Part shown: positions 29,438-39,322 of the stretch, piece by piece
How positions within the stretch are numbered: position 1 is the first letter of the stretch
Layout of the letters: each line of letters begins with the position of its first letter
NCBI GenBank assembly: GCA_965222605.1
Contig: OZ244960.1
Coordinates: 4,128,001 to 4,192,000, forward strand
DNA from: Candidatus Latescibacterota bacterium
Lineage (GTDB): Bacteria > Latescibacterota > UBA2968
Reading direction: 5' to 3'
Length of the DNA: 64,000 nt
Notes under the pieces: generated by a model
The model's input: only the letters and a program-made list of their open reading frames with translations
What the model was told of the DNA's origin: nothing
The model's database searches: none
Program-made: the position numbers and the translations under genes

Positions 29438-30556
29438 ATGCTTAAGTCCTTTAAATACAGATTGCGCCCAACGAAAAAACAGGAGAAAATCCTACTGGCG
29501 CACATTGAAGAATGTCGCTTGCTGTATAACCAACTTATCTGTGCAAGAGTCCAAGCATGGGAAAAGAATAAAGAAAGTTTGTCGCGCTATGAGCAACAGG
29601 CGACATTGCCAATGCTGAAGCAACAGCGTAAGTCTTTTTCTCTTGTCTATTCTCAAGTTCTTCAACAAGTATGCCAGAGAGTAGATTGGGCATTCAAAGG
29701 CTTTTTTAACCGCCTCAAAGAGAGGGCAAAGACGGGCGAGAAAGCTGGCTTTCCAAGATACAAGGGTCAGAATCGCTATGATTCTATCACCTATCCTCAG
29801 TTTTCCAATGGATGTCGACTGGACGATAAGGGCTTGCGATTGAGCAAAATAGGCTGTATTCGGATTGTCCAGCACAGACCACTTGAGGGTATGCCTAAGT
29901 CTTGCACGCTCAGGCGCACAGCGACGGGCAAGTGGTTCGCGTCTATCTCTTGTGATATAGGCGACGCGCCTGAAAAAACAGACGCTGGCCCCGCCGTTGG
30001 CATTGACGTGGGACTTGATAATTTTGCTATGTTTTCTGATAAAGAAAAGATAGCAAATCCTCGCTTTTTTCGGCAAGAGGAAAAGGCGCTTGCCAAAGCA
30101 CAGCGCAAGTGGGACAAAGTAAAAAAAGTGTCGCCGAAGAAACGAGAGAGAGCACGTAAGACTGTTGCCAGAGTGCATGAGCGTATCCGTAATAGACGAC
30201 ATAATTTTGTGCATCAAGAAGCTCGGAAAGTAGTAAATAAGTATGGCTTTGTTGCAACAGAAAAGTTAGACGCTAAAAAGATGCAAAAGAATCGTCGCTT
30301 ATCAAAAAGCATCTCAGACGCAGCGTGGTCACTGTTTAGGCGTTGTCTCGAATACAAAGCGGAAGAAGCTGGTATTGGATTCAAGGCCGTTGATCCTGAA
30401 TACACCTCACAAGATTGCTCTTCTTGTGGACACCGCGAGAAGAAAGCACTCTCTGATCGTGTGCATCATTGCAAAAAGTGTGGCTATACATCAGACAGAG
30501 ACCTCAATGCTGCGATAAACATATTGACTTTGGGATTACAAAGTCAGGTGGCTTGA
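29438..30556 (+). CDS. tnpB: RNA-guided endonuclease TnpB
   Basis: FKYRLRPT HTH, GFPRYK, RuvC residues in GIDVG, TEKL and DRDLNAAINI, zinc ribbon CSSC/CKKC. Confidence 0.95.
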   Translation: MLKSFKYRLRPTKKQEKILLAHIEECRLLYNQLICARVQAWEKNKESLSRYEQQATLPMLKQQRKSFSLVYSQVLQQVCQRVDWAFKGFFNRLKERAKTGEKAGFPRYKGQNRYDSITYPQFSNGCRLDDKGLRLSKIGCIRIVQHRPLEGMPKSCTLRRTATGKWFASISCDIGDAPEKTDAGPAVGIDVGLDNFAMFSDKEKIANPRFFRQEEKALAKAQRKWDKVKKVSPKKRERARKTVARVHERIRNRRHNFVHQEARKVVNKYGFVATEKLDAKKMQKNRRLSKSISDAAWSLFRRCLEYKAEEAGIGFKAVDPEYTSQDCSSCGHREKKALSDRVHHCKKCGYTSDRDLNAAINILTLGLQSQVA

Positions 30557-30593
30557 CCGCCAAGAAGCCCAACTGATTTAGTGTTGGGAGTAA

Positions 30594-32390
30594 TCACCTG
30601 CTATTCCATCGAATATTACCAGGTTCGGGAGAAGATAGCAATATCATCCCCTGCTTGCGCGCCCAGATGTGTGCGGCTTTGGCCAGCACGGGGTGGCCGG
30701 CATTTAGATATGTCAGGGCCATTTCCTCGGTGCCATACTGATTCAGAGCCTGGACGAGCAGAGGTTCTGATTCGGATATCCCGTTTCGGATGAAGAAGGC
30801 GTGCGCGGATGCTATGATCAGGATGCGTTTCTGTTCCAGGGCTTGCAGGAGTTTCTGGCTCGCCCTTGGCGTGGCAATCTCTCCCAGGGCCTCGGCACAG
30901 CGCCATTGCACTTCTGGTTCTGGATGGTCGAGATGCTGCAAAAAATAAGTTTCTATCCGCAGAGTCGATTCTCGTTCCCGCCAATTGGTATCCAGGCGGT
31001 CCAGTACCCGCACCATTCGCCGCGCCCATATCCGTCCCTTTCCGATAATCGCAATGAGAGAATCCGCCACAGACGCATCGCCGATTGATCCCAGAGCATC
31101 GGCTGCTGCCCAGCGCACTTCGGCGGACAGATCATTCAGCATTTTGAGCAGAGGATCTACAGCCCTGCGGTCTCCAATTTCTCCCAGAGCCTCGGTCGCA
31201 ATGCGCCGAACCTGTACCGACGAATCGTCCAACTGCTCAATTAGCAAGGCTGTTGCACGGGGATCCTTTAGCGCACCCAGAGTTTGTATTGTTCCCATGC
31301 GAAATACGCCGTGCTCTGCATCGGATAGGATGGTCATGAGCGATTCGACAGCGCGTGTATCGCGCAGTTCGCCCAGGGCCTGTGCAGCGGCAGAAACGAT
31401 GCCGGGTTCCGGATGTTCGAGGACTTTTACGAGTGGATCAACGGCGCGTGCATCACGCAGTTCGCCCAGGGCTTTTATAGCGACATATTGCACTTGTATG
31501 TTCGGATCTTTTAGTGCCTTAAGCAGAGACGGCACGACCCGGGCGTCTCCGATCTGCCCCAGGCTCTCGACAGCTTGCATCCGTGCTATCAGGTCTTCCG
31601 TCGCCAGTTGTGCGACAAAAAAGTCCATGGCTGCCCCGGCGTTCGCGCGCGTTCTCCAATCGGCATCCATTTCCGATAGTACCTGAACCACCTGATAGCG
31701 CGATTGATTTGGCATCTTCAATCCGTCAATTAGTCGGTTGATCGCCTCTTCAGCGGGTGCGGAAGTTTGCCACGATGGATCGATGGTATTGAGTGCCCAT
31801 ACCATTACCCGGCGCAGTTCTCTGTCTGCCTGCGGCAGAGCCTCAATCAGGGGTGCCAGAGCCTGCGGATTTTTCAAATGGGCGAGGGTCAGCGCGGCCA
31901 CCCACCGCACATCGCGTGCCCTATCGGATAGTGCAGTGGTCAGTGCCTGTACAGACCAGTCTCCGCCTGTGGTACCCAGACTTTGGAGTGCTCCCAGGCA
32001 TAGTGGTCTTTCCCGTTCCTGAGCAATCCGGAGCAAGGTTGCCAGGGCCTTCTCTCCTCCGATATTACCCAGAGCTTCGACCGCGCTCAGGCCCACCATG
32101 GCGTTTGGGTCGTGAACAATCGCAATGAGCGAATCCACTGCCTGTTGATCCCCCAATTTGCCCAGGGCTTCGACCGCAGCCAATCGCACGGGCATTTCCC
32201 GGTCTTTCAGTGTTTGGATGAGGGCTGGAACCGCATGCCGGTCGCCCATTTCCCCCAGCCGCATTGCTGCGCGGGCACGCTCCGTAGCATTGGGATGGTC
32301 CAAAAGTTGTATCCATTCGTCGGCTTTGGAAGCGCAGCTTGTGGTTAGCAAGCCCAGAATAATCAACCACAATCCGCTTTTAGTGATCAC
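30594..32390 (-). CDS. HEAT/PBS-lyase repeat lipoprotein
   Basis: Lipobox-like LLTTSC and many VRxxAAEALGxIGDxRAVxxL repeats. Confidence 0.9.
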   Translation of the reverse strand: MITKSGLWLIILGLLTTSCASKADEWIQLLDHPNATERARAAMRLGEMGDRHAVPALIQTLKDREMPVRLAAVEALGKLGDQQAVDSLIAIVHDPNAMVGLSAVEALGNIGGEKALATLLRIAQERERPLCLGALQSLGTTGGDWSVQALTTALSDRARDVRWVAALTLAHLKNPQALAPLIEALPQADRELRRVMVWALNTIDPSWQTSAPAEEAINRLIDGLKMPNQSRYQVVQVLSEMDADWRTRANAGAAMDFFVAQLATEDLIARMQAVESLGQIGDARVVPSLLKALKDPNIQVQYVAIKALGELRDARAVDPLVKVLEHPEPGIVSAAAQALGELRDTRAVESLMTILSDAEHGVFRMGTIQTLGALKDPRATALLIEQLDDSSVQVRRIATEALGEIGDRRAVDPLLKMLNDLSAEVRWAAADALGSIGDASVADSLIAIIGKGRIWARRMVRVLDRLDTNWRERESTLRIETYFLQHLDHPEPEVQWRCAEALGEIATPRASQKLLQALEQKRILIIASAHAFFIRNGISESEPLLVQALNQYGTEEMALTYLNAGHPVLAKAAHIWARKQGMILLSSPEPGNIRWNSR

Positions 32391-32423
32391 ACACGCCTCC
32401 TGAAAAAGGCTTTACGTCTTATG

Positions 32424-32452
32424 TTGACAGCGACTACTCGCTGCGGTATCAT
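32424..32452 (+). promoter_or_regulatory. Sigma70-type promoter with an inverted repeat in the spacer
   Basis: TTGACA-17 nt-TATCAT, with CAGCGA-N4-TCGCTG overlapping the spacer. Confidence 0.55.
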
Positions 32453-32485
32453 TATTCACACTATTTGTCGATGAGGAATGCGTTT

Positions 32486-33478
32486 ATGAATCGATTCTTA
32501 CAGGTTTGGTTGGTCTGCTTCGCGGTCGCCTGTGGTTCGTCCGACAAGAGCCTCCAGCCCGAAGAAACCATTACTTTATCTGAAGGCGACATTTTGCTCA
32601 CCGATGCTGCTCAGCGCGCGCTTTTCCGCATCCATCCCAGCACGGGAGACCGCACCGTGGTCTCCAGCCGCATCGGCGGTGTTCCCCGTCAGATCGCCCG
32701 GGATGCCAATGGCGATCTTCTTATGACCCTCTCTGAGAGTGATCTGCCCATTGTCCTGCAGTTTGCCATCCAGACAGGCGAACTTTTTATTGTGTCTTCA
32801 GGCGGTAGCCCCGTTGATCCCAATGTCCCGATTATTGGTTCAGGTCCCGCGTTTGGGGGACCGGTCGGCCTGGTGCAAGAAATATCTGGGTACCTCTTGG
32901 TCGGCGATCAGCCATCTGCCACTATCTTTCGCGTTAATCCCAACAGTGGCGATCGCGCAGTTGTCTCTGGCCCTGGCCGAGGCGATGGACCGCCCTTTAC
33001 TGGCCGCATCAAGCAGTTTGCTCTGGAGGCCGATGGCAATCTCCTGGTGGTGGTCGGCTCAGTTTCGCAGGGAGGCGATGGGCGTATTTTCCGCATTGAT
33101 CCCACCAATGGCGACCGCACGGTCGTCTCGGGTCCAGAAATGGGTGAAGGACCCCGATTGATGGACCCGGAAGGCATTGTTCTAAACAGCCTGAGCACAA
33201 TTTTTGTCACCGATATCGGTCAGGCCGCTGTTATTCAAATTGATCCCATCAGTGGAAACCGCACTGTTATTTCAAGCCCTTTTATGGGCGATGGCGAAAC
33301 GCCTGATATTCCCTCTGGCCTCGCTTTTAATATCCTCGACGAGCTTCTTGTGGCTGATCGCACCGTTATCTACCGCGTGGATATCAGCACGGGCGATCGC
33401 ACTGTTATTTCGGCGCCGATCATTGGTCAGGGCGAACCCTTTCTGGTGGCGGATGATATTTTTGTGATTAAGAATTGA
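32486..33478 (+). CDS. Lipoprotein with six repeats, probable beta-propeller
   Basis: Lipobox AVAC and six copies of (R/Q)(I/V)xPxxG(D/N)RT(V)(V/I)S-like motifs. Confidence 0.8.
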   Translation: MNRFLQVWLVCFAVACGSSDKSLQPEETITLSEGDILLTDAAQRALFRIHPSTGDRTVVSSRIGGVPRQIARDANGDLLMTLSESDLPIVLQFAIQTGELFIVSSGGSPVDPNVPIIGSGPAFGGPVGLVQEISGYLLVGDQPSATIFRVNPNSGDRAVVSGPGRGDGPPFTGRIKQFALEADGNLLVVVGSVSQGGDGRIFRIDPTNGDRTVVSGPEMGEGPRLMDPEGIVLNSLSTIFVTDIGQAAVIQIDPISGNRTVISSPFMGDGETPDIPSGLAFNILDELLVADRTVIYRVDISTGDRTVISAPIIGQGEPFLVADDIFVIKN

Positions 33479-33479
33479 T

Positions 33480-35030
33480 TCATCTGACCTCTATGTTCCG
33501 AATAATTTGCAGGCCCCGCTGTGCGTCCGGATGGGTCGGGTCAATTTGAACCGCGCGTTCGAAATACACCTGTGCTGAGTCCGTGCGGCCCTGATTGAGC
33601 AATAGCGTTCCCAACCTCACATGGCCATCGTAGAACCGGGGCGCCAACTCGATTGAACGACGAAATGCCGCTTCTGCACCCGCTATATCTCGGAATCTTT
33701 CCAGGGCCATCCCCAGGTCGAAATGCGCTGTGAAAAGCGTTGGTTCCAGATCGAGGGCTTTTCGAAATTGGGCAATGGCGAGGCCGAGAAATCCCCGCCG
33801 GTCCAGTGCATATCCGATTTGCAAATACGCCTCTACATCCCCGGGGGCCAGCGCGTCGGCTGCTGCTTGTTCTCGCGCGGCCATGTCCATCCGACTGTTT
33901 CCCGCGTGGCGCGCCGCTCGCTCCAGATGCATCATGTAAGCCTCGCACTGTCGGCTCAATGCCACTCCCGAGCGATAAACGCCCCATCCGATGCCCACGA
34001 ATAATGCGACCACGCCGACACGGAAAAGCCATTGTCTGCTCCACTGTGCGCGTCTTTGCAAGAACAAAACCGCGGCTACCGGTGCTGCGACAAAACCTGT
34101 ACCAAATCCCTCAGCTATCCAGGCAACAACTGCGGAGACCAGAATCCAGGGCATCGATACTTTTGGCAGTGCCATTAGACACAGGAGGCCCAGCGGGATC
34201 AGCGAAATTAGCATGTCTGGTCGCCCGCCAATGCCCACCTGCGCTATGACCATCACGGCTGTGAACAGCCCTATACACACCCACATCAATTCGTGCCGCG
34301 ACCTGTGCTTGCTTTCGGCCGTTTCCACAGTTGTCGAGCCTGCACCGGTCAGGGCGAGAATGCCCAGAGTCAGGATGCTTATCCAGTGCCAAAGTACAAA
34401 AGGCTGCGTGGGAACCGAGCGTGAAAGCGGTTCGGAAAACAGGTGTAAAAACATGTGAAAAAGAAATACGCCCCACAGCGCGTGCGCCCAGACTCTGCGC
34501 CGATAGGGCGTACAGAATACCAGAAAATAGGGAATAAAAAACTCGAACCCCACTGCAAACCACTCCGCGATCCCCACAGTTGGCACACCTACAAAGAAAC
34601 GATTGTACGTCGGTATGCTCCACAGCCACCAGCCCGCGGCTGCCGCTCCACCTTCCACTCCATATCCAACTGCTGCCATCCCCACGCAGGCCATCCCCAC
34701 CGTGGCCATCAAGTCGCCTTTAAGTGCGGGTATCCGCGCCAGCACCCGCTCGGCCAGCCACCAGCTCACATAGAGGGAAAAAACCCATCCGATTATCGCC
34801 TGTAAAGACGCTGAAAAAATCTGTACCACCGGCTGCGTGAATACATAAGGCATCACGCCTCCCTGCGATTCAACTGTAATCCAGTGAATCACATTTCCCC
34901 GCACGACGCCAAACAGAAATGCCGAGATAAAAAAACTCAGCGCAATGCGACGGCCCCGATAGGACCAGGCGTGCCACATCAGCACGGCTATCGCCACAGC
35001 AGAGGGCACAAAAAGCAGAAGCGTCTTCAT
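33480..35030 (-). CDS. Polytopic membrane protein (CruF/carotenoid-hydratase-like N-terminus) with C-terminal TPRs
   Basis: Many TM segments, GWWLW...GVPxxxxxxW motif, about 4 TPRs at the C-terminus. The CruF similarity is tentative. Confidence 0.6.
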   Translation of the reverse strand: MKTLLLFVPSAVAIAVLMWHAWSYRGRRIALSFFISAFLFGVVRGNVIHWITVESQGGVMPYVFTQPVVQIFSASLQAIIGWVFSLYVSWWLAERVLARIPALKGDLMATVGMACVGMAAVGYGVEGGAAAAGWWLWSIPTYNRFFVGVPTVGIAEWFAVGFEFFIPYFLVFCTPYRRRVWAHALWGVFLFHMFLHLFSEPLSRSVPTQPFVLWHWISILTLGILALTGAGSTTVETAESKHRSRHELMWVCIGLFTAVMVIAQVGIGGRPDMLISLIPLGLLCLMALPKVSMPWILVSAVVAWIAEGFGTGFVAAPVAAVLFLQRRAQWSRQWLFRVGVVALFVGIGWGVYRSGVALSRQCEAYMMHLERAARHAGNSRMDMAAREQAAADALAPGDVEAYLQIGYALDRRGFLGLAIAQFRKALDLEPTLFTAHFDLGMALERFRDIAGAEAAFRRSIELAPRFYDGHVRLGTLLLNQGRTDSAQVYFERAVQIDPTHPDAQRGLQIIRNIEVR

Positions 35031-35043
35031 GGCTCCTCTTGTT

Positions 35044-36000
35044 TTATATCATGATATCTGACTGCGTATGGGGTGCGTGGTTTTTGATAAACCAGAGATA
35101 GAGCACCCGACTATAGGAAAAAAATACCATTTGTTTTCGTTGAAAAAAAGGTTCCAGTTCTTTTTGCAATTTTCGCAGGTTGTAAAACGGCACACCTGGG
35201 AAATAGTGGTGTTCCAGGTGATACGTCGAAAATAGATAGAGAAAATTCCACATCCAATTGGCTCGCATTAACGTCGTCCAGTTGGCAATTTTATCTGGGT
35301 TTATCACATAGTGCTGTCCTAAACGGTTGACCGTAAAAGCAATGGGAAAAATAAAAAATACTGGAAAAAGATGCGCTTTGAAAGCAAACCACGGATCCAT
35401 CGTCCAGAACCACGCCAGAATTCCCAGGTGCAGGACGATTCCCACTGTGCGTTCTCGTTTAATCTGGCGGCACAGATGCTCTGGATAACCTTTGAAGGTT
35501 TCGGCTACTGCCCAAAAATAAATGGGAAACAGCATTGGCGTGCAGTAAAGCAGCTTGAACCACGGCGAATTGATGCGGGGTGACAGATGCGCCCGTTTGG
35601 GGTCAGCGTGCGATGACCCCAGATGATCGTGATGGTCCAGATGCCACCGCTTGAACTGTGAAAATGCCAGTCCTGAAATCCACCCGTACACAAGTCCCAG
35701 AAGATCGTTGAGCCGGTGATTTTTGCGGAAAATGCACCGATGCACGGATTCGTGTAGCAAAACGGAGAAGCTGAAAATCACGAATCCCAGGAGTACGCTT
35801 GCGGGAAACCAGGCCCAGAATGAATCGACGTGGTAAATCCAGATCGGTAGTCCCACCAGCAGTGCTACCTGTCGTACAGCGATCCAAAAATGTCGCCAGG
35901 GCCGCCGCTGGTGCAGGTCTGTCAGCCGTTCCTTTGAAATTGCCGCCCGCAGTTCTCGGTTTAAGTCTCGCGCATAGTCGTGATACGTCGGTTCCGCCAT
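35044..36000 (-). CDS. Membrane-bound fatty acid desaturase/hydroxylase family protein
   Basis: His boxes HESVH, HLDHH and HLEHH. GGAGG RBS before MAEPTY. Confidence 0.9.
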   Translation of the reverse strand: MAEPTYHDYARDLNRELRAAISKERLTDLHQRRPWRHFWIAVRQVALLVGLPIWIYHVDSFWAWFPASVLLGFVIFSFSVLLHESVHRCIFRKNHRLNDLLGLVYGWISGLAFSQFKRWHLDHHDHLGSSHADPKRAHLSPRINSPWFKLLYCTPMLFPIYFWAVAETFKGYPEHLCRQIKRERTVGIVLHLGILAWFWTMDPWFAFKAHLFPVFFIFPIAFTVNRLGQHYVINPDKIANWTTLMRANWMWNFLYLFSTYHLEHHYFPGVPFYNLRKLQKELEPFFQRKQMVFFSYSRVLYLWFIKNHAPHTQSDIMI

Positions 36001-36014
36001 TGCAAACCTCCGCG

Positions 36015-36896
36015 TTATCCGATTGCAAACACACACACAAACCCCACATGTCCCGCCATCAATAGCAAATACATGTGTTTCCACGAAATGTGATTGGATT
36101 CAAATGTCAAAGCCTCGGGGCGCTTCAACATCAACCAGCCGACATACCCACCCCAAAGTGCCAGAAAACCCAGCCACTGCGCGCTCGACGGCACCCATTC
36201 CCACAATACGCCGATGGGGATGAGCAGAAAAGGCAATACCAGAAAAGGCAGCACCATCCACGCTGCTCGCCGAGGTCCCAATAGCACGGGTAGTGTCTGC
36301 ATGCCGAAGGCGCGATCTCCTTTCACATCTACGAAATCTTTGGTATTGCTGGCACCAAACACATAGAGGCCGAATACCAGGCCCACAAACCAGGGTGCCG
36401 GGTGCCATATAGATTCCACTGCTCCCCATCCCCCTATGGGCAGTAAACACCCTCGTCCAAACCCCAGAGCCAGGCTTGAAGAGAGGGCGTGCCGTTTCAG
36501 CCGCAAGGGCGGTGCTGAATAGGCCAACGTGAGCAATGCGCCCACCGCGAAGATGCCCAGCAGCCGGGGATGCACCAGATAGGCCAGGCCGAGGGCAATG
36601 ATATAACACGCGGTTCCCAGCAGTGCTGCCCCCCGCATGGATACACTCCCCAGGGGCAAAGGGCGGGTGGGCTTGTTGATCCGATCAATCTCCAAATCGT
36701 AGCACTGGTTGATGATGTTCGATCCCGCATTCAGTATTGCAGCAGCCAGAGTGCCTATCAGGGATGCTGTTGGAATCCCACCGCCGGTAGCCATTGCCGA
36801 TCCCGCGAGAAATCCCACGGCAGGTGCCAGTAGCGTAAATGGTCGCGCAAGCAGAAAAAAGGCGCGAAATCTATTTTGTTCCATAGAATTGCTCAT
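36015..36896 (-). CDS. UbiA-family prenyltransferase (ChlG/DGGGP-synthase-like motifs)
   Basis: NQCYDLEIDRINKPTRPLP, YSAPPLRLK, KDFVDVKGD. Confidence 0.9.
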   Translation of the reverse strand: MSNSMEQNRFRAFFLLARPFTLLAPAVGFLAGSAMATGGGIPTASLIGTLAAAILNAGSNIINQCYDLEIDRINKPTRPLPLGSVSMRGAALLGTACYIIALGLAYLVHPRLLGIFAVGALLTLAYSAPPLRLKRHALSSSLALGFGRGCLLPIGGWGAVESIWHPAPWFVGLVFGLYVFGASNTKDFVDVKGDRAFGMQTLPVLLGPRRAAWMVLPFLVLPFLLIPIGVLWEWVPSSAQWLGFLALWGGYVGWLMLKRPEALTFESNHISWKHMYLLLMAGHVGFVCVFAIG

Positions 36897-39322
36897 TCTT
36901 TTTGCGCCTCTGTTCCCCGCTTATCCACCACGTAAAAACGGGCTGTTTTGAATACTTCAATATCGCGGTTTAGATCTTTTACCGCTACGACCACCTCGTG
37001 TTGACCGGGTGCGATATCTCCCAAATCCAGTTCTACAAAATTCTCGCTTTTCGTTTGCGTGCCCGTCTGCTCGTACCGAATCGTCACCTCCTCTCTGCTA
37101 CCGCCCGATAGCATTCGGCCCAGCCCCGACAGCGCGCGAATCAGCATCGGCGTATGGTTGGCGTCCCGCACCGTATAGGCGACTTCGTAGCGCGTCTGTC
37201 CAAATGAATCGCGCAGCAAATTGTAGATTTCAAAATAAATAAAAAACGATGTCCCCTGGTAAAATATTCGACCCGGCGAGGGATCTACCCGGAAGCCCGA
37301 TCTCACAAACTGGCCCGCGGTTCCCGAATCTACTTGAGCCACTGCACGGGCTACTTGAATGCCGCTGACCATCAGCGTATCCCGGTTGTATGAAACCACC
37401 GGTACAGCCACTTGATAAACGCCCATCAAATCCACTTCTGGTCGCCAGACTTGAACGGCGAGCATATAATCGCCCGGCGGTACGTCCATTGGAAATTCTT
37501 CTACCAGCACTGATCTGCTGCTTCGCGGTGCCATGACCTCAACATCGCCCTGTACGCGGTACACCTTTCCAGATCGTTCGCTGATCAGGGCTACCCGCCG
37601 CTGCACCCGCGCCGTATCACTGGCACCCTGCACATAGAGGTTGCGCGTGGGTATCCCCATAAATACCCGAACTTCTGTATTGTTGTCTGCTCCCTTGAAA
37701 TCCACTGTATCAAAATGAAAATCCAGCGGTTCGTAATAACTGATGTTATAGACCTCGGGTATATCCCGGGTGATGCGGGACATAAAAATGGCCGGTGAAT
37801 ATTCCGAGAATAGTTGCGATATTCGCAGGGTCTGGTCGTGCCCAAACCGTTCCAGGCGGTCTCTGTCTTCTGTGGTCAGAACGGGTGGCGGCGCGTAATC
37901 GTAACGCCCCGAGGTAAATTCGTCGGTAAATACTACTTCGATACCCCCACCAATGCGGGTGTAAAACCACACTTCCCACTTCACGGTCATCCCGGCAATG
38001 CCTATTGTCACCGGTTTGTACCCGTAAAATCCCAGTGTGTCCTCAGCTGCTATGCCCCCACGGGCCTGCATGGAGCCTTCAAAGGGCATGCGGGGCAGGT
38101 CGTCCAGTTCGGGATTGTCTGCGTCGATGATATTGATAAATCTTTCTGTTCGCACTGGAAATACAGGACCCAGAAACGTGTGGTTTACACCATCGGGACC
38201 GTAGAGTCGGCGGGCGAGTTCTGTCTGGATGATCTCGACCGACTGGGGCACGTTGTGGTTCAATGAGCGGGAAGTCGAGCGGTAGTCTGGCTCCCCGTAG
38301 CGGATATAGACTTCTCCACGTCGATCCCAGGGAAACTGCTTTCGCCCGTAGTTTTCTCGCGCATAGAGTACCCGCCGATAATGCTCGCACCAGCGCATCA
38401 GTCCCCCACTGGCTTTTAAGGGGTCTTTTTTTAGCCAGAATCGCCGCAGAAAATCGCGCCGACGCTCTGGAGGAGTTTGTCGATAGGTCTCCGCTTCTCT
38501 GGGCGTAGCCACAATCGAAATATCCCAGTAGTGTGCTTGCGCGTCTTCAGATAGCGTGGAAATATACTCTTCAAAAGCGATTAGCGCGTCTTCGAAATTG
38601 CCCCGCTCCATGAGTATCTGTCCCAGAATCGCATAGCCCCTCGGGTCTTCCAGCCTGCCCAGCAGGCGTTCGGCCTCTGTCTTTTTCCCCGATTCGGCCA
38701 GACTGCGGATAAATAGATAGGCCGCCTCCTGATCCTTGGGCTGGCGCTTGAGGTACTGGTCGTAATAATGAATTGCCACCTGATCCAATTTGTCGTCCTG
38801 GTAGAGCTGGCCGAGTAGCAAATATCCCGGCGCGTACTCGGGATCGATCTGGATCGCGCGTCCAGCCGCTTGTATGGCATTTCCGGTTTCCGATATTCGA
38901 TAGAGGCGGGCCAGATGGTAATACATTTTCGCCTGAGTCGAATCCAGTGTTACCGCTTTCTGCAAATGGGAGCGGGCACCCCGCCAGTCATTTTTTAAAT
39001 CCAAATAGGCCAGCCCCAGACCCAGGTGCGCCTCCACCCACCCTGAATCGGCTCGCACTGCCTTGCGAAATGCGGCGATAGCATCGTCGCCTTTCTTAGT
39101 CTGCAGGTGAAGTTGTCCGATCATGATCAGCACCCGCGCAGGCTCGGGATGCTGTCTGGCGATCTTTTCCAGATCTTTGACGGCCTGTTTTATACTGTCT
39201 TTGTGCGAGACCTGCAATGCCCGAACGTAAATCGACTCGGCGTTTTCGTCGGTTCCATGCACCATTCCGGTCCCGCACAGTCCCAGAAAAAGGCTCATTG
39301 TAAGATAGAAATAAATTTTCAT
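36893..39322 (-). CDS. GWxTD-domain protein with N-terminal TPRs, exported
   Basis: Signal peptide, TPRs, RRFWLKKDP...EHYRR...WDRRGEVYIRYGEPD, Ig-like C-terminus. Confidence 0.85.
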   Translation of the reverse strand: MKIYFYLTMSLFLGLCGTGMVHGTDENAESIYVRALQVSHKDSIKQAVKDLEKIARQHPEPARVLIMIGQLHLQTKKGDDAIAAFRKAVRADSGWVEAHLGLGLAYLDLKNDWRGARSHLQKAVTLDSTQAKMYYHLARLYRISETGNAIQAAGRAIQIDPEYAPGYLLLGQLYQDDKLDQVAIHYYDQYLKRQPKDQEAAYLFIRSLAESGKKTEAERLLGRLEDPRGYAILGQILMERGNFEDALIAFEEYISTLSEDAQAHYWDISIVATPREAETYRQTPPERRRDFLRRFWLKKDPLKASGGLMRWCEHYRRVLYARENYGRKQFPWDRRGEVYIRYGEPDYRSTSRSLNHNVPQSVEIIQTELARRLYGPDGVNHTFLGPVFPVRTERFINIIDADNPELDDLPRMPFEGSMQARGGIAAEDTLGFYGYKPVTIGIAGMTVKWEVWFYTRIGGGIEVVFTDEFTSGRYDYAPPPVLTTEDRDRLERFGHDQTLRISQLFSEYSPAIFMSRITRDIPEVYNISYYEPLDFHFDTVDFKGADNNTEVRVFMGIPTRNLYVQGASDTARVQRRVALISERSGKVYRVQGDVEVMAPRSSRSVLVEEFPMDVPPGDYMLAVQVWRPEVDLMGVYQVAVPVVSYNRDTLMVSGIQVARAVAQVDSGTAGQFVRSGFRVDPSPGRIFYQGTSFFIYFEIYNLLRDSFGQTRYEVAYTVRDANHTPMLIRALSGLGRMLSGGSREEVTIRYEQTGTQTKSENFVELDLGDIAPGQHEVVVAVKDLNRDIEVFKTARFYVVDKRGTEAQKE

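Larger units (their letters stand above)
29239..30597 (+). mobile_element. Non-autonomous IS200/IS605-family element (TnpB only, IS1341-like)
   Basis: Related subterminal hairpins CCCATCGGCTTTAGCGATGGG (29262-29282) and CCCAACTGATTTAGTGTTGGG (30568-30588). Right end is GAAG-hairpin...TCAC. Left boundary is approximate (29239-29251). Confidence 0.82.

Noticed and set aside
29438-30556. Cas12f-type CRISPR effector
   Set aside because: No array or cas genes, and IS end hairpins flank the gene.
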